64,000 bases of DNA, taken from the NCBI GenBank assembly GCA_051362555.1, contig CM120646.1, positions 11,470,001 to 11,534,000 of the forward strand, written 5' to 3'. The translations under genes were made by a program, and so were the position numbers. This stretch comes from Lingula anatina. Taxonomy: Eukaryota; Animalia; Brachiopoda. Shown piece after piece: positions 12,601 through 25,130 of this stretch. Every line of letters starts with the position of its first letter. Position 1 is the stretch's first letter. The notes under the pieces were generated by a model, which saw nothing but the letters and a program-made list of their open reading frames with translations, did no database searches and was not told where the DNA came from.

Positions 12601-15600
12601 TTTTTTCATAATACGCGCCTTCACGTCGTTATTTTTCACCTTCACTAGAATCGGTCTCTTTTGGCCCTGTTTTCCTGGTATTCTGTGGACTGCTAAAAGC
12701 TCATCCATGTTCACCTTGACATCCACTTCTTGTTGGAGTAGTTTTGCCACTGTATTGGTCGTGTTTTCATCTCTTAACTCCTTAACACCATAAATTTTAA
12801 TATTGTTTTTACGCGAGTACTGTTCATTATAGTTCGCTTTGATTTGTGCTGCTTTCGACATTTGGCACGCCTCTTCCGCCATTTTTGTTAACTTTGCAAT
12901 TTCCTTTTTATTTTCGTGTATTTTTTCTTTCAGTAGTTCATTTTCAACGGTTAAATGGTCATATCCATCTTTCAAAATCCCATACATCAATTCTAAAAAG
13001 CCCGAAAAAACGGTCTTTTCACAAAGTATAGTTTGAATCAAATATTTCCATCGATGCACGGTGTCTTCACGATACTGTCACTCACCCCGTACTTTTTTCT
13101 GGTGCGTGCATCCCTTGATCCGATGGCAAATTCCCGCAGCTCAGCAAACCACGTACTCCGCCCCGTCAGCCATCTTACATCCTTCACGTACATGTATGTT
13201 CCTTTTTGGGGTTAGACGATGGCGTACTTTTTTATCCATAGTTTCAAGAGAGTGATACTTTGCTACCAACTTCTTCATGTGGGACCATAATAAAATAATA
13301 AAATATAGTTTGTAATCTGTGCACTAAATATTCTAAGAACATGCCTGTGGCCTCATGTGCCGCACTAAATTAAAAATTCAATTATCGGTAGAAACATTTT
13401 TGTAATATCAGGTAAAAGATGCACTTTAAAATGCCCCTTATTGGTTAGAGATGTGTAGTTTGTGAAATCGCATATAGATAATCTCTTCATTCTGGGAAAA
13501 TATAGGGCAATGACTCTTTAAAACAAATTAGTGTTTATACAAGTATAATTTAATATGTCTCTTTCTCTCTTCTCTTTCTTTTACCTTCATGATCTTTGGG
13601 AAAGCGCTGCACTCTTAAGCGACCCAGAAGAATTATGTGCTGCACCTACAAAATAAATATGAAAACATTTAAAATGTAATTTAAAGGACTGTTTAAGAAG
13701 GGTAAATGGAGGATTATAGTTAAGAAGGCGTGAGTATAAGAAAACTATTATAGATCACCAGTATAAACTGTTTCATTCAAATTCAATTTTTAAAAGTTAT
13801 TCTTACTATCACAGTATCTTTGTCCGTTTATATATTTCTACGAATATCACAATCTATACACACAGATTTCATTAAATTTCTGTGCCTGGTTGTACCTCTT
13901 CACACATTATTGTGTTCATTTTTTTAAATTAATAATACTCCTAACCTTTCCATTCGAGACAAAGACAAACGCATTTTTAAAGTGTGTATGTGTGTGTTTG
14001 AGAAAGGGCTCCATGAGCTAACTATTCAACCGATAAAAAGATTTTCCCTTATGTGACCTGGAGGTTATGTTGGAGAAATGGCACGACACCTGTACATGTA
14101 TGTAATGTAAACATTCTCTCCGTAACCCGTAGCTGCTCACATTGTCAAAAAGGTACATATAAATACAAATTGATAAAAAACGCACTGAAAATGGCATTTC
14201 ATCATTTCAACATGTAATTGCATGTAGCACGCTTGCCCATCATATACCCGCAACAACCTTAGCAGATGCACAAATGATTCAAAAAGTCAAACAAATGACT
14301 GCCTTCCCTCGCTTTTTGGTGTATTCACGCGGCGCACTGTTAGGATAAATAGATTGCCCAAGATTTACGCAGTGCTGTTAAAGTAACTTTAGCGTGTAAA
14401 ATAAATAAAGCTTTCTTTAATAATTGCTAGGTGGCATCATACCCACACATCCACGCAAACATCCACGCACATTCACACGCGGTGAAATATATTAACAAGA
14501 TAGCAAAGCTGTCAAATGTACAGAGAAAAAAAGCAGAAAATCATAATGCACAAAATAGGATCCTGTCAATAATGCATTATTCCTAACTGCAAAGACAGCA
14601 TCAAATGTAATATTGCACAACAGGTAATACCGATGAAAGTAAATGCATAAGGCTTCAGACCCATGAGATTTTACATAAAACAAAAAATCAATTTACTGTT
14701 ATTTTTATATGAAGAACTAAGAAAGTTGTTGGCATGGGGAAATATCAATAGAACAATTTTAAATGTCCAATTTACCCCATTCTGAGATTCTGAACATCGT
14801 GAATGATTGAATCTGACAAACATTAATGATATGAGTTTATTTCCATTTTTGACACTATTACACAATACACGATAACGGGTTAACCATCATTCTTATGTAA
14901 TCAAATAAAATATTGTTAAGATGCGGTAAATGTACAAGGAACACTTTTAGGTACCTCATTAGTTCAAGAATGAGAATGTTAACATGCCCAAGAATTAAGA
15001 AAAACCATATATACACAAAAGGTAAAGCTTATTTTCTAACTTGATCTGTATTTTAGTAATATTAATCACTCCTGAATGTTTCAAGACAATAGGCCTATCA
15101 ATTTTCTTTGAAATGTGTTATCAGTGTTGTATTTAAGCCGAAAAAAGCTAAAAACAGCATAACTTTTAAGAAAATGGCCCGACCATGCGGATTTTCGAAC
15201 TAGACCTGCATATCATGCATATTTATTAGTTCTGTAAGTTTCAAGCCAAAAAATAAAATAGTATTCCACTTATCGTGTTATCGGTGTTGCATATATGTTG
15301 AAAAAAGTGAGAAAAAAAAAACAGCATAACTTATATAAAAATGGTCCGCTCATGCTGATTTTTTAACTTGACCTGCGTATTATGAATAATCATCAGTTCC
15401 GTAAGTTTCAAGCCAAAAGGTAAAACGGTTTTCCACTTATCGTGATATCGTGTTATCGGTAAAAGAGCACGGCGACGACGACGGCGACAACGACAGACGC
15501 AGGTGACGATCTTTGTCTGTACATAAAAATTACTTGCAATATCAAACTTCGTTTCAGCTAGTCATTTGGAAGCGGCTTTACAAGATGAACTAAATACCGT

Positions 15601-16692
15601 GTATGTGCGCGAGAATGGAACTGCCAAACTCCAGTGGTCACTGTTTATTGGGGAAAATGCAGGCAGGTCGTCGGTGAACTTCATGGTCAAAAAGAGAGGC
15701 GCTCTGCTTTGTCAGTGGGTTAAGGCACACTGGGAGGTAAACCAATGCGACCCAGGAATGACCTTAACAATCAGCCCAAAACAAGTGCATGTACCGGGTC
15801 CAACCAACATTAATTTTACGTTTTCGTTGAGGAACAAGAGTCTTGTCGATGATGGGACCTACGAGGGTCGCTTAGTGATTGACGAAAAATGGCAGGAGAT
15901 GCAAGTGTATCCGAAATATTTAGTGACAACGGGTGAGTTACTGATGCAGATGCTTTCATCTGCTAATATGTAATACATGTGGTTGGTTTTCTATCAGAAT
16001 CATTAGTTTCACTTGATTAATTGCATACAAAAGTATAAATTTAACCTCACATTTAGCATTTCGTAAAGCAATTAACCAGAATATATTCCATTTCCTTTTT
16101 GTTATTGGAAAAATCCGGCTTACTTTGTAAAATGTCTTTGTATTTCGATATAGCCATTCGAAAGGCTTTATTATAATTATGCAAGTCTGCAGTACTATAT
16201 TTTTGAGAAAAAAAAACATACGATGTAAGTATGTATGTATTCTAGTATAAAAAAAGAGAAACGTGTGATTATTAAACATACCGTAAGGTTGATCAAATAA
16301 ATGAGTTTGTTATTGTTTTACGTTTAAAAAGCATAAAGCCCTATCCTTTTTTCTTAGTTGAACCAACCGTGACCTTGAATGCAACTTACAGCAACACCTG
16401 CATCACTGACATCATCTGCCATGTAAGAGGTGGCCGCCCAAAGCCTATTGAAACGGTCCTTATAAAGAACGGAACTGAAATATCTCGCTCCAGTCTTAAA
16501 TGCCAAGAAGAAGCAGGGAACACAGATGACAATGAGGCATCTCATTGCTCTTCAGTCCATTCTATCGAAAACTCAGGCGGTCAATTCAAGTGCAGAGTGG
16601 AACATGCCGGTTACTTCGTTGACAGCACAGAAGTGGACATGCCATTTGAAAGAAAAGGTGAACATGAGCAGTGTTATTTTATTAAATTACAA

Positions 16693-16751
<59 letters not shown>

Positions 16752-17503
16752 AACACACACATTAACACACACGCTCACACAATAGTGCTGGTTGCATAAA
16801 TAGTGCTGGTTACATAAAACGAAACTAAAAGTGATATTTATTGAAATTCTATTAATTGTCAAGATCAATCCATTTTGGTTTTTTTCGTGTTTTTTATCAA
16901 TTCATGTTTTCTCTTTTAATGTTTTAAATCAACGTTAACGGCAGAAAACGAAACAAGAGCTCCACATCCTGTGAGAAATGACTGTGATTGTACAGGCTAC
17001 ACAGATGCTTACTTCATACTATTTATCATTGCCTTAGTAATAGTAATAGTAATGGTAATGATAATGGTTATTGTAATAAGGCAAGGGTGGAAAAGATTGA
17101 AACTCGCGGAAAGCTACGGTAAGTAACACTCATTTCGGTTTGACTCATTTACTTAAACCTTAATAGTGCGCCCATTTTCTGTTTTAACGGAGCATTTTTG
17201 ATACCACGTGTTGACAGTTACTGGGAAATAACATTGCAAAAGGCTTTGTGCTTTCGCTGGCCGAGAACCCTGTAGATATGTTTCTTTCTCTATTAAGTAC
17301 TGCACAGCATCAGTTGCTTTACAGATCGAGCTACGCGTGTTCAGAGGAAAGAACGAGAACAATTGTGTGCCCTTGATATCGAGGCCAATGAAATTGGCAT
17401 TCAAGTTACAGATGACCAAGAGGTATCTGTTTTGTTTACGACAGCCAACGTCTCTGAAACAGCCGTCGTAAACCAGCCTTTGTCGGTCCCAAGCCCGAAT
17501 TAA
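6614..17503 (+). CDS. IgSF receptor gene B (~374 aa): exons 6614-6710 (signal), 15558-15932 (V-like), 16358-16657 (C2-like), 16945-17118 (stalk CxC + TM), 17325-17503 (cytoplasmic)
   Basis: All introns are phase 1 with GT-AG and the frame is open to TAA at 17501-17503. Leader ..VYWLILVIL|ASHLEAA. TM YFILFIIALVIVIVMVMIMVIVI. Tail ends ..NQPLSVPSPN*. The first exon is inferred from its conservation in both duplicated blocks and is less certain than the others. Confidence 0.82.
8307..12097 (-). pseudogene. LINE ORF2 (APE endonuclease, reverse transcriptase, C-terminal CCHC) broken by about 3 frameshifts
   Basis: APE motifs NCRGL, GDWN, RLDYFL, SDH. RT motifs KSPGIDG, WRPISLLN, DMEKAFD, GVRQGDPLSP, YADD. 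C-terminal CTFC..ETLKHLFWDC. Frame breaks near 11550, 10315 and 8876. Confidence 0.92.
12358..13059 (-). CDS. LINE ORF1 protein (coiled coil + L1-type RRM/CTD)
   Basis: Heptad-rich N-part followed by NEQYSRKNNIKIYGVKE and AVHRIPGK..RPILVKVKN motifs typical of L1/Tx1 ORF1. Confidence 0.85.
   Translation of the reverse strand: MHRWKYLIQTILCEKTVFSGFLELMYGILKDGYDHLTVENELLKEKIHENKKEIAKLTKMAEEACQMSKAAQIKANYNEQYSRKNNIKIYGVKELRDENTTNTVAKLLQQEVDVKVNMDELLAVHRIPGKQGQKRPILVKVKNNDVKARIMKKRSAVKKSGKGIKFADDVTKLNIELLHRLNENESIEQAWFFNGNVYGKAKNSETKIKFDIFDIIDEKIKKENKQDVIYSVY
14494..15529 (+). mobile_element. HINE/pearl-like non-autonomous Helentron-type element (internally deleted copy), ending ~28 bp before the gene B V-exon acceptor
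   Basis: Starts AACAAG. Sub-terminal IR TGTACAGA../..TCTGTACA, internal ~160-bp repeats, GAC-rich microsatellite near the 3' end, ends ATAAAAA. Same family as 43619-45295 and 25131-27933. Confidence 0.7.
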
Positions 17504-17629
17504 AATGGTGAGGGAGACGAAAACTGATTTGCCTGGATCACATTTGATGGTGGATCTATTCCATAACAACATTGGTCGGATTTAAATTGTTGGTTTTGAT
17601 ACATCATGTGGATATCCTTATTGATCTGA

Positions 17630-17820
17630 CCAACCATTATAGCCATCAAAGATAGATCCCTGAGGTCTGGTGACAAACTTTTCCTGAAAGTTCCCAAATC
17701 AAAGTTAAAAACATATGGTGACATAGCATTTTGTGTGGCTGCAACAGTAGAATGGAATAAGTTACCAATTTTTATAAGACAAGTAGAGCCACAAGAATCT
17801 TTTAGTAATTGAATACTCAT
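17630..17820 (+). mobile_element. 3'-terminal fragment of an L2/CR1-group LINE downstream of the gene B stop
   Basis: Translates RSLRSGDKLFLKVPKSKLKTYGDIAFCVAATVEWNKLPIFIR, matching the L2/CR1 ORF2 C-terminal pattern (LRS..VP....YGDRAFS.A....WN.LP..IR). Absent downstream of gene D. Confidence 0.7.
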
Positions 17821-18517
17821 TGCGATCGACGAGAATAGTTACACAATCGACGAAAATAGTGACAGCATTGGTTTTAATACACCATAGATGAGGAATGTTT
17901 GACAATTGAATTGACGAAAGTAGATGTTGAATTTATGACAGGGTCGTTTAAACTTGAAACTGAATCGATGGGAAGGCAGTGAATCGACGAAACATAACTG
18001 AATCGACGACATGATTTTTTGCCATTTTGGCCGCCCATATTGCAGCATATTTAAGCTAATGCACCCTGATATAATATTCCATTATGTGACGTTATTTGAG
18101 TTAATTTTTAATGATCTCTAAACTTTTAATAAATCTATCATATTTGACATAATACAAATAAGTTTGGCGATCAACATTTTGAAAATTGGTAGGGATGTCG
18201 TTGAAGCAAGGTGTCATTTTACCTTTTGAAGTACCTGAAAGCGATTTTTCATCCTTGACTTAATAATCCTAATTGGGTTGGTTCGTGGTGTAAATAAAAA
18301 AAAAAAAACATAAAAATTGGTCTAGTTATTGAGCAAGCTGTGAACAACAATCCAGTACGAACAAATTTTTGATTTTATATTTTGAACCGATGTCAGGCGG
18401 TCTAGATTACCAATTAAGGGATATATATATAGACCCTCACCGAGGAATCATGCGCAGGTCAATGTAAAACCGTATAAACCTCCATGCCGTTCAAATTCAG
18501 TATGGATTCAGGGGTAA

Positions 18518-19648
18518 TACCCCCGTCACACTGGAGGCGGAATGAGCAAGAATGCCGTCGGAAAGACAATTCTTTGGGTCTATTCCCACAACTTTAGATC
18601 GATCTATCACCGCGGGGACTCTATTCTAAATAGAGAAATTCGAAATCTATTCTGCATTCTAAATATTTTACCCATTCTTGTGGCATCCCGAATGTTTTTG
18701 TCATGCCAAAAACTTTCGAAGTGCATTCCAAGTGGAAATTTATTGAATGGCATTTGAAAAGTATTCGAACTGCACTATGACTGCATTCTGAATATTCTCA
18801 CGGCATTCCGACAGCATTCGAAACATTTGATCACATTAGAGGACTATTCGAACGGACAAGTGACTTAAAGCCCCCGTTAAACTTATTCGAAATCAATAGG
18901 AATCAAGCCGGAATTACTAAATTAAAAAATTTCAAATTATCATAAAATATTACGGCTTTGTAAGAATGCCTCTGGAATACTAAGAATGCACATCGAACCC
19001 GCCTGGAATGATTCTTGCACATTCAAGGTACACTACCTCTCAAATGCAGAGTGTTGTTGGAATACTGTAGGGATATTGCGATAAATTTCCTCTTGGAATG
19101 ACTTCGAAAGTTTTTGACATGACAAAAACATTCAAGCTGGCCACAAGAATGGGTAAAAATATTTGGAATGCACTCAGAATATTTAGAATGTTTTTAGAAT
19201 GCTCTTCGAATATCCTGGAATGCACAAAGAATTGCATTTCAGACGCCATTCTTAACCATTCCGCCTTTAGTGTGACGGGGATTTTATATCCCGCCGGAAT
19301 GTTTCGAATGTGCCTCGGATGAGCTTAAATATTAATGTTGCCAGCAATCGAACTACACTAGTGCGCCGTTCAAAGTATACTCTAAATAGTCTTACTGCCT
19401 TCTTACAGCATTGTAAATATTCCTAGTTTTCCAACTACATTCGAACTGCTTTTGAGAGCTAACACAGTCGAAAGTGCACTCATCATTCCAGGCGAATTCA
19501 AGCGCATTCTGAGAATTCCAACGGTACTTTTACAATAATTAAGGTCAATTTGAAAATTTTCACCGAATGTGGTGCGAATTTTAAAAGTTCTTCGTTCAGG
19601 CTCATTCTTCTTCATTCCTGCTGATTCCGAATAAGTGTGACGGGGGTA
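18518..19648. mobile_element. Non-autonomous PIF/Harbinger-like element with long internal inverted repeats
   Basis: Perfect 15-bp TIR TACCCCCGTCACACT / AGTGTGACGGGGGTA flanked by TAA on both sides. Internal inverted arms at ~18660-18735 and ~19090-19165. Rich in GAATG/TTCGAA. Confidence 0.75.
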
Positions 19649-22632
19649 TAAAATTTAAAAGGACTCGATATCTCCACAGACGGGATTCGAAAACAAGACC
19701 TGCTGCCCTTTCACCATACGTGCGTCTCTTCTTAGAGCCTGGGTCAAACTGTGCTTGCAACCTTTTTGCAACCACAAAATCTGCGGTCGATTGTTATCAG
19801 TTTGTGAGCTAATTAAAAACCTACAACATATTTTGATCGGCACTTAGTACTGGGCGTATGAAAAAGTAAGAAAAAATCAATCCTATTTTTAAACCAAAGT
19901 CAATAGTTATATAGTTAAGCCTTCACTTCACAATTTCTGAGCCTTGGCTAATGTAAATTTACTTTCCCCTTTTGTACATAATTTACCACATGGTTGACGT
20001 CCTTGGCTTCAGCATATGACTTCGTGTTGTGTCTCTTAATATCAATATAGGTAATGTGTGTGTGTGTGAGTGAGTGTGAGTGAATGTGTGTGTGTGTGAG
20101 TGAGCGAGCGAGCGCGTGGGCGTGTGTGTTCTAGGTCACCAGTTAAGCAATGTAGGCCCTATCTATTTGAATTCTCTCAATTGCAACTTGTCGACTATTT
20201 GTCACGTTACCTTTAAATATCAACAGTTAAAGGCAAACATAAATATACTGGTGAAAGAATACTGTAATTCCCTTTTCAAAATTTACTTTATATCATGTTG
20301 CTTGCGATCAGTTATTGTCTGTAATACCTCAATATATTCAACGCAGGTAATGTCTTTTAGCAGTCTCTAAAGATGCATGTACAGTCCACATTTTAGTTGC
20401 AAAAATATATTTTTGTCGTATGTATATCATTACAGTGAATATCAACAATGCTTCTTTATATATAAGGCTCTTTTACATGTAATGGTGGTACAACAAAGAT
20501 AAATATATGTTAAAGTTGCAGTGATATCCAGTTGAATTTTTCTTTCATCTCGAGGTGAATAAAGAAATGTTCAATTCATCTCCAGCTTCAATGCATTTAT
20601 TGAACAAGGTTTTCTTCAGAATAAAAATCCTTTGATCTTTAGTTTCTTTGCAACATCCCCTTTGAGGCATTCTTTATCTTTAATCAGTTGATATCTTCAA
20701 ATATTTGACCACTTTCATTGACGATTGAAAGAGACAAAACTGGAATAGGATCATTGGTAATGTAATTGAAACATGCCTACAGAAAGTAGCAATTGATGCA
20801 TTAAGTAAAACTAGTAAAGTGCACTTTGACACTCGATATAAAAACAAGATGCCCCGAAGGAATGTTGAATATCGCCGCCTAGGATAATTTTGTAAGATCT
20901 TTATATCTATATCTATCTATCTGAAGTATATAGAACTTTGCATAAGGTATTGAAGCAACCAGTAACTCTATCATCGTTATTATTATAATTATTTAGACTT
21001 TGTGTGTTATGCAACCTCTTCATGTGTTTGTTAATTATATGCACATGTCAAACTTAGTGTCTTTTGTATTGTGATTTGAATTGTGTGAATAAAATAGTGG
21101 ATGTAATCCAGGTCTAACAGTTTTATCCGTTCTTGCCTTTAACCTGGTAATAATTGTTGTACTGGTATGTAGAATGGTACATGTATGGGATGATATTTTG
21201 CCATTATACTTAAATCCTGAATCTAGTAGTATCTAGGTCAAAACGTCGAATTAACTTTTAAGTGAAAAAAACAATAAAAATCTAAATTCACTAAATGGCC
21301 CATGGCAACGATTATCCACGAGACACATCCCGACCCTCGCCCCCTTGGTGCGGGGTTCGGGGCCAGCTCAAGGGCCACGAATTTTTTTGGTGTTTTGGAG
21401 AACAAACGGTGTCCATATATCAAGTTTGATGTGCTTTAGAGCTACATGTAGACGTACTCAGTAACTAAACGCATTGAAAAAATGAGACGTAACAGCGTTT
21501 GGTTAATCCAATGTGGAGATGCTTAAAAAACTCGCTGTCCTCTAAATTAATCAATTTCCGACAACACGCAGTATATGTTTGCATATTCGACTGATGATTC
21601 ATGCTCGTATGTACGAAAAAAAAACTCAACCAAAAATGAAACCAGGAAATCATGACCATATTGAAAATAATTGTAAACAGACACACAATAAATATAAGGA
21701 AAATATTGATAAAGACCGGCATTTTGTAGCATCCATTGTAAAATATTAAAAAGATTATGATGCTTCATATAAAAAATTAAATACAAGACGACTAACGTCG
21801 AGAACAGATATTTCAGAAGTAATAAATACCTAACACACACACACAAAAAAAAAATTCGGTGTGGGATATAAACGCGTTCTGTAGAATTCTGTAGAATACT
21901 GAGCGTCTGTGTGTGTGTGTGTGTGTGTGTGTGCATGCGCGCGCGCACATTGATCCAAGTACAGAGTAATTTAAAGCCCTTATATTGATCAAACCTGTAA
22001 CAACAAAGATAAATATATAGCCATTTTTTGTATGCTGCAGTGACATCCATTTTCATTGACTGCTCTCATGCTGTGATGGATAAATAACATAAAATCTATC
22101 TTCAGCTTTTATCCTACCATGTTTACGCCTCCTAAATAACATGAAGAATTCAAGTTCTTTTTGTTTTTGTGAAAAAGTCCACTTTTTTTGGTTCTGCGAA
22201 AGAAATTATTTGGGCTTATTCTATCAACAGTAGGCTAATCAAATAAGGACACATCTTAATCAACCATTCACAAAATGGATTTTCCAGGAGAAAAGGACAA
22301 TTTCCCTGTCCTTAACCAATGGTTAATGAATCCATTCTGACATTCAAAGTTAGTCCCTGTTGTTTTCTAAAAATGTTTTTTTTTTTGTTATATTCTCTGA
22401 AGAAATTATTACAAAGTGAAGCCATCTATTGAGGTCGGGCGATGTGATGCAAGTATGCAAGCACAAATTCCAGAATTATTGGATTAACCGCCGCTTTGGT
22501 GGTAAAACAGAATAAATTATATTTCTATGAGTTGTTGACAACGTATTTATTGTGAAATATGGATTTCGTACGAACAGTTGTTATCCCTTAAAACTCATAG
22601 CTATATTTAATAGAAATGGTTATTCATTTCTA

Positions 22633-24025
22633 CACACACTGGACAAAAGAAGTGTCACCTACTAACTCAGAGTAATAAAAGTAGGCAGATCTTGGGAACT
22701 TATAATGCCTGGTCTACTTATAATGTGACTAATGTAATGAGTATAAAACCGCTATACCATGGCATTGTATTGTTGGTCTTGTACATGTACAGCAAATGTT
22801 ATTCCTGTCTTCCTCCAATATGGCAAGATACAGGCAATTATTTAACAGTTATAGGTGCAAGTTATTAACCTGAAGAGGCGGAATATAAGCAATGTCAGAA
22901 TATCGATACAATTGAATTGTTCAGTCAGAACCGTGCAGAGGGTCTGGTCTTGGTATAGAAACACTGGATCAAGAGGCAAATTGCCTCTGATGGGTCGTCC
23001 AAGAAAAAATACTATCCGTGAAGACCGACGGCTGATTTTGATGTCCAGGTTGTCAAAGTTCGACATTGCTTGTCAGTTGACAACACAGTGGAACAATTTC
23101 ACACATAATAATGTGTCTGTGAAAATTGCTAGGCGTCGGTTACATGCTCAGAGAGTGTACAGCAGGGTAGCAAGTCTGAAACCTCTTATATCGTTACAAA
23201 ACAAGCAACGTAGAGTGAACTAGGGTCCACAGGATCTGGAACTAGACGGTTCATGACAATTGGTCCTATATATTTTTTCTGATGAGTGTCGCTTTGGTCT
23301 GACCTCTGATGACAGACGGGTACTATGCTGGCAAACTGCTGGTAAAGCATTTGAACCACATGCACTGAATTTTCGAACCCGGAGCAGCATATTCATCATG
23401 GTGTGGGGCTGCATCAGCATCCATGGCTTGGGCGAATTGATAGTGGTTAATGGAAACACGAATCACTAGAAATATATCGATGTTTTGGAGTCAGGCTTGC
23501 TACCATCTATTACTAACATGTTTGGTGACAGGAATTATCCATTTGTTCACCAGGATGACAATGCTCCTTGTCACAGGCCCAGAGCAGTTGATGATTGGTT
23601 TGACCAACAGGACATTCGCAGGGTGATGTGGCCTGCCCAGAGTCCGGATGCAAACATAATAGAAAATGTGTGGAATGATATGTCACCAACTTTTTAAAAA
23701 TGTCCGTCTAACCAGCAGAGAAACTCTGTTATATTCAGTGTTTCATGCTTGGGCCAGCATAAGCCCTGAACGCATCAGACAATTATATGAATCCTTGCTT
23801 CGTAGACTGGCACCTATTATTAGGTCAAGTGGCTATGCCACTAAGTACTGATTTTGGACTTGAAACTGCATATTTTGGTAGAATGTATATTTTGTTCTCA
23901 TTTTGTGATTTTTTTGTGAAATTTGATGTTAATAAAATGATACCAGGAGCATATCATTCCACAGTCATTTATCTCCCCCATAGTATTGGCTCAGAAGGGG
24001 TGACACTTCTTTTGTCCAGTGTGTG
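22633..24025 (+). mobile_element. Tc1-family (DD34E) DNA transposon, defective, 1393 bp
   Basis: 27-bp TIR CACACACTGGACAAAAGAAGTGTCACC with TA duplication. Empty site in the paralog at 49407-49408. Transposase remnants GRPRK, IFSDE, MVWGCI, QDDNAPCH..WPAQSPDANIIE (34-residue D-E spacing), with stops and frameshifts. Confidence 0.95.
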
Positions 24026-25056
24026 TACACCTGCAATGTTATAGGCATGTGTCAAAGTATAAAAATATAACACAATGTGTTTTGATCTACCATACTGTGA
24101 ATCAGAAGCCTAGGCTTGTTGCCGATCAATTCAGGCACAAATGTAATATAGTAGGTCACCCGACCCTGGTATTAGCAATCGTGAACCTGAATATTGATCA
24201 GCTGATTTAGCTATGGTGGTAACTTGTGATACTTGCAGTTGACGTACTATAATAGTTTGCATTGATTTTGTGTTTGTATACTTTGTATGTAGTTTTTCAC
24301 GGCGAATTTGGAAAGATCGGATTTATATTGCGGTGTCTAGGTTAAATATGTAAATAAGGACCTTGATGCTAATGCCTTCGTGAAGAAAATCTTTAATGTT
24401 GACGCACTGGCACATGTCATTTTTCTTTACTCAGGGTCATCTGAGTTAGTGCTGCATGCATGGCGGCTTTGCCAACCGCTAAAGCACACTGATTTATATT
24501 GATTCTGGAAAAAACTCATTTGAAGCTAACACGAATTTTCGTGATGGAGTTAACAGAAAGGTAAACATGCTTATGAAAATAAATGCAATGCGTTCCCAGG
24601 GTCCATTTTACAGCTGTTTGGTTAAGAAAAATGAAAGAGTTTATTTTTATCTGTTCGCGGAATTTCCATATTTAGTTGGGATTTATCGTTGCGGTAGCTG
24701 CACACATGTACTGTATATTATGGCGAAGTTGCACATCTATAAAATGGCTGCAACCCTTGATTCCAAAAGCCCCTAAAGCCTAATGTTCGTAAGTCCAAAT
24801 TTTTTTATAAATCTGTTATTTGAAACCTTTTACAATTTATACATTTGCATAATAATTTTATTTATGCAAGTTACCTCTCTATGTTCTGTAATACCTGTAT
24901 GTTCACCTTTATTGTTATGGTTCAGAGCTAGCATGTACACCTGAAAAATGAATATACCCGTTAGCAGTCCACTTCTATGATGGTAATCAAAATATCTCTC
25001 TCTCCTCTCGAAACTTATGACGATTTCATTTTCAAGAGCAACTTCTTACTGTTCTT

Positions 25057-25099
<43 letters not shown>

Positions 25100-25130
25100 T
25101 TAAGTGTATCCAATAATATTTCCTTTAATT

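Larger units (their letters stand above)
7796..13184 (-). mobile_element. Full-length L1/Tx1-clade non-LTR retrotransposon (~5.4 kb), antisense in intron 1 of gene B
   Basis: 16-bp TSD CACGTACATGTATGTT at 7780-7795 and 13185-13200. The paralogous empty site is at 145-160. AATAAA plus a short poly-A on the minus strand at the 7796 end. Contains ORF1 and an APE-RT ORF2. Confidence 0.95.

Noticed and set aside
19655-19740. tRNA gene
   Set aside because: Only a B-box-like TTCGAATCCC on the minus strand with no cloverleaf; at most a SINE head relic.
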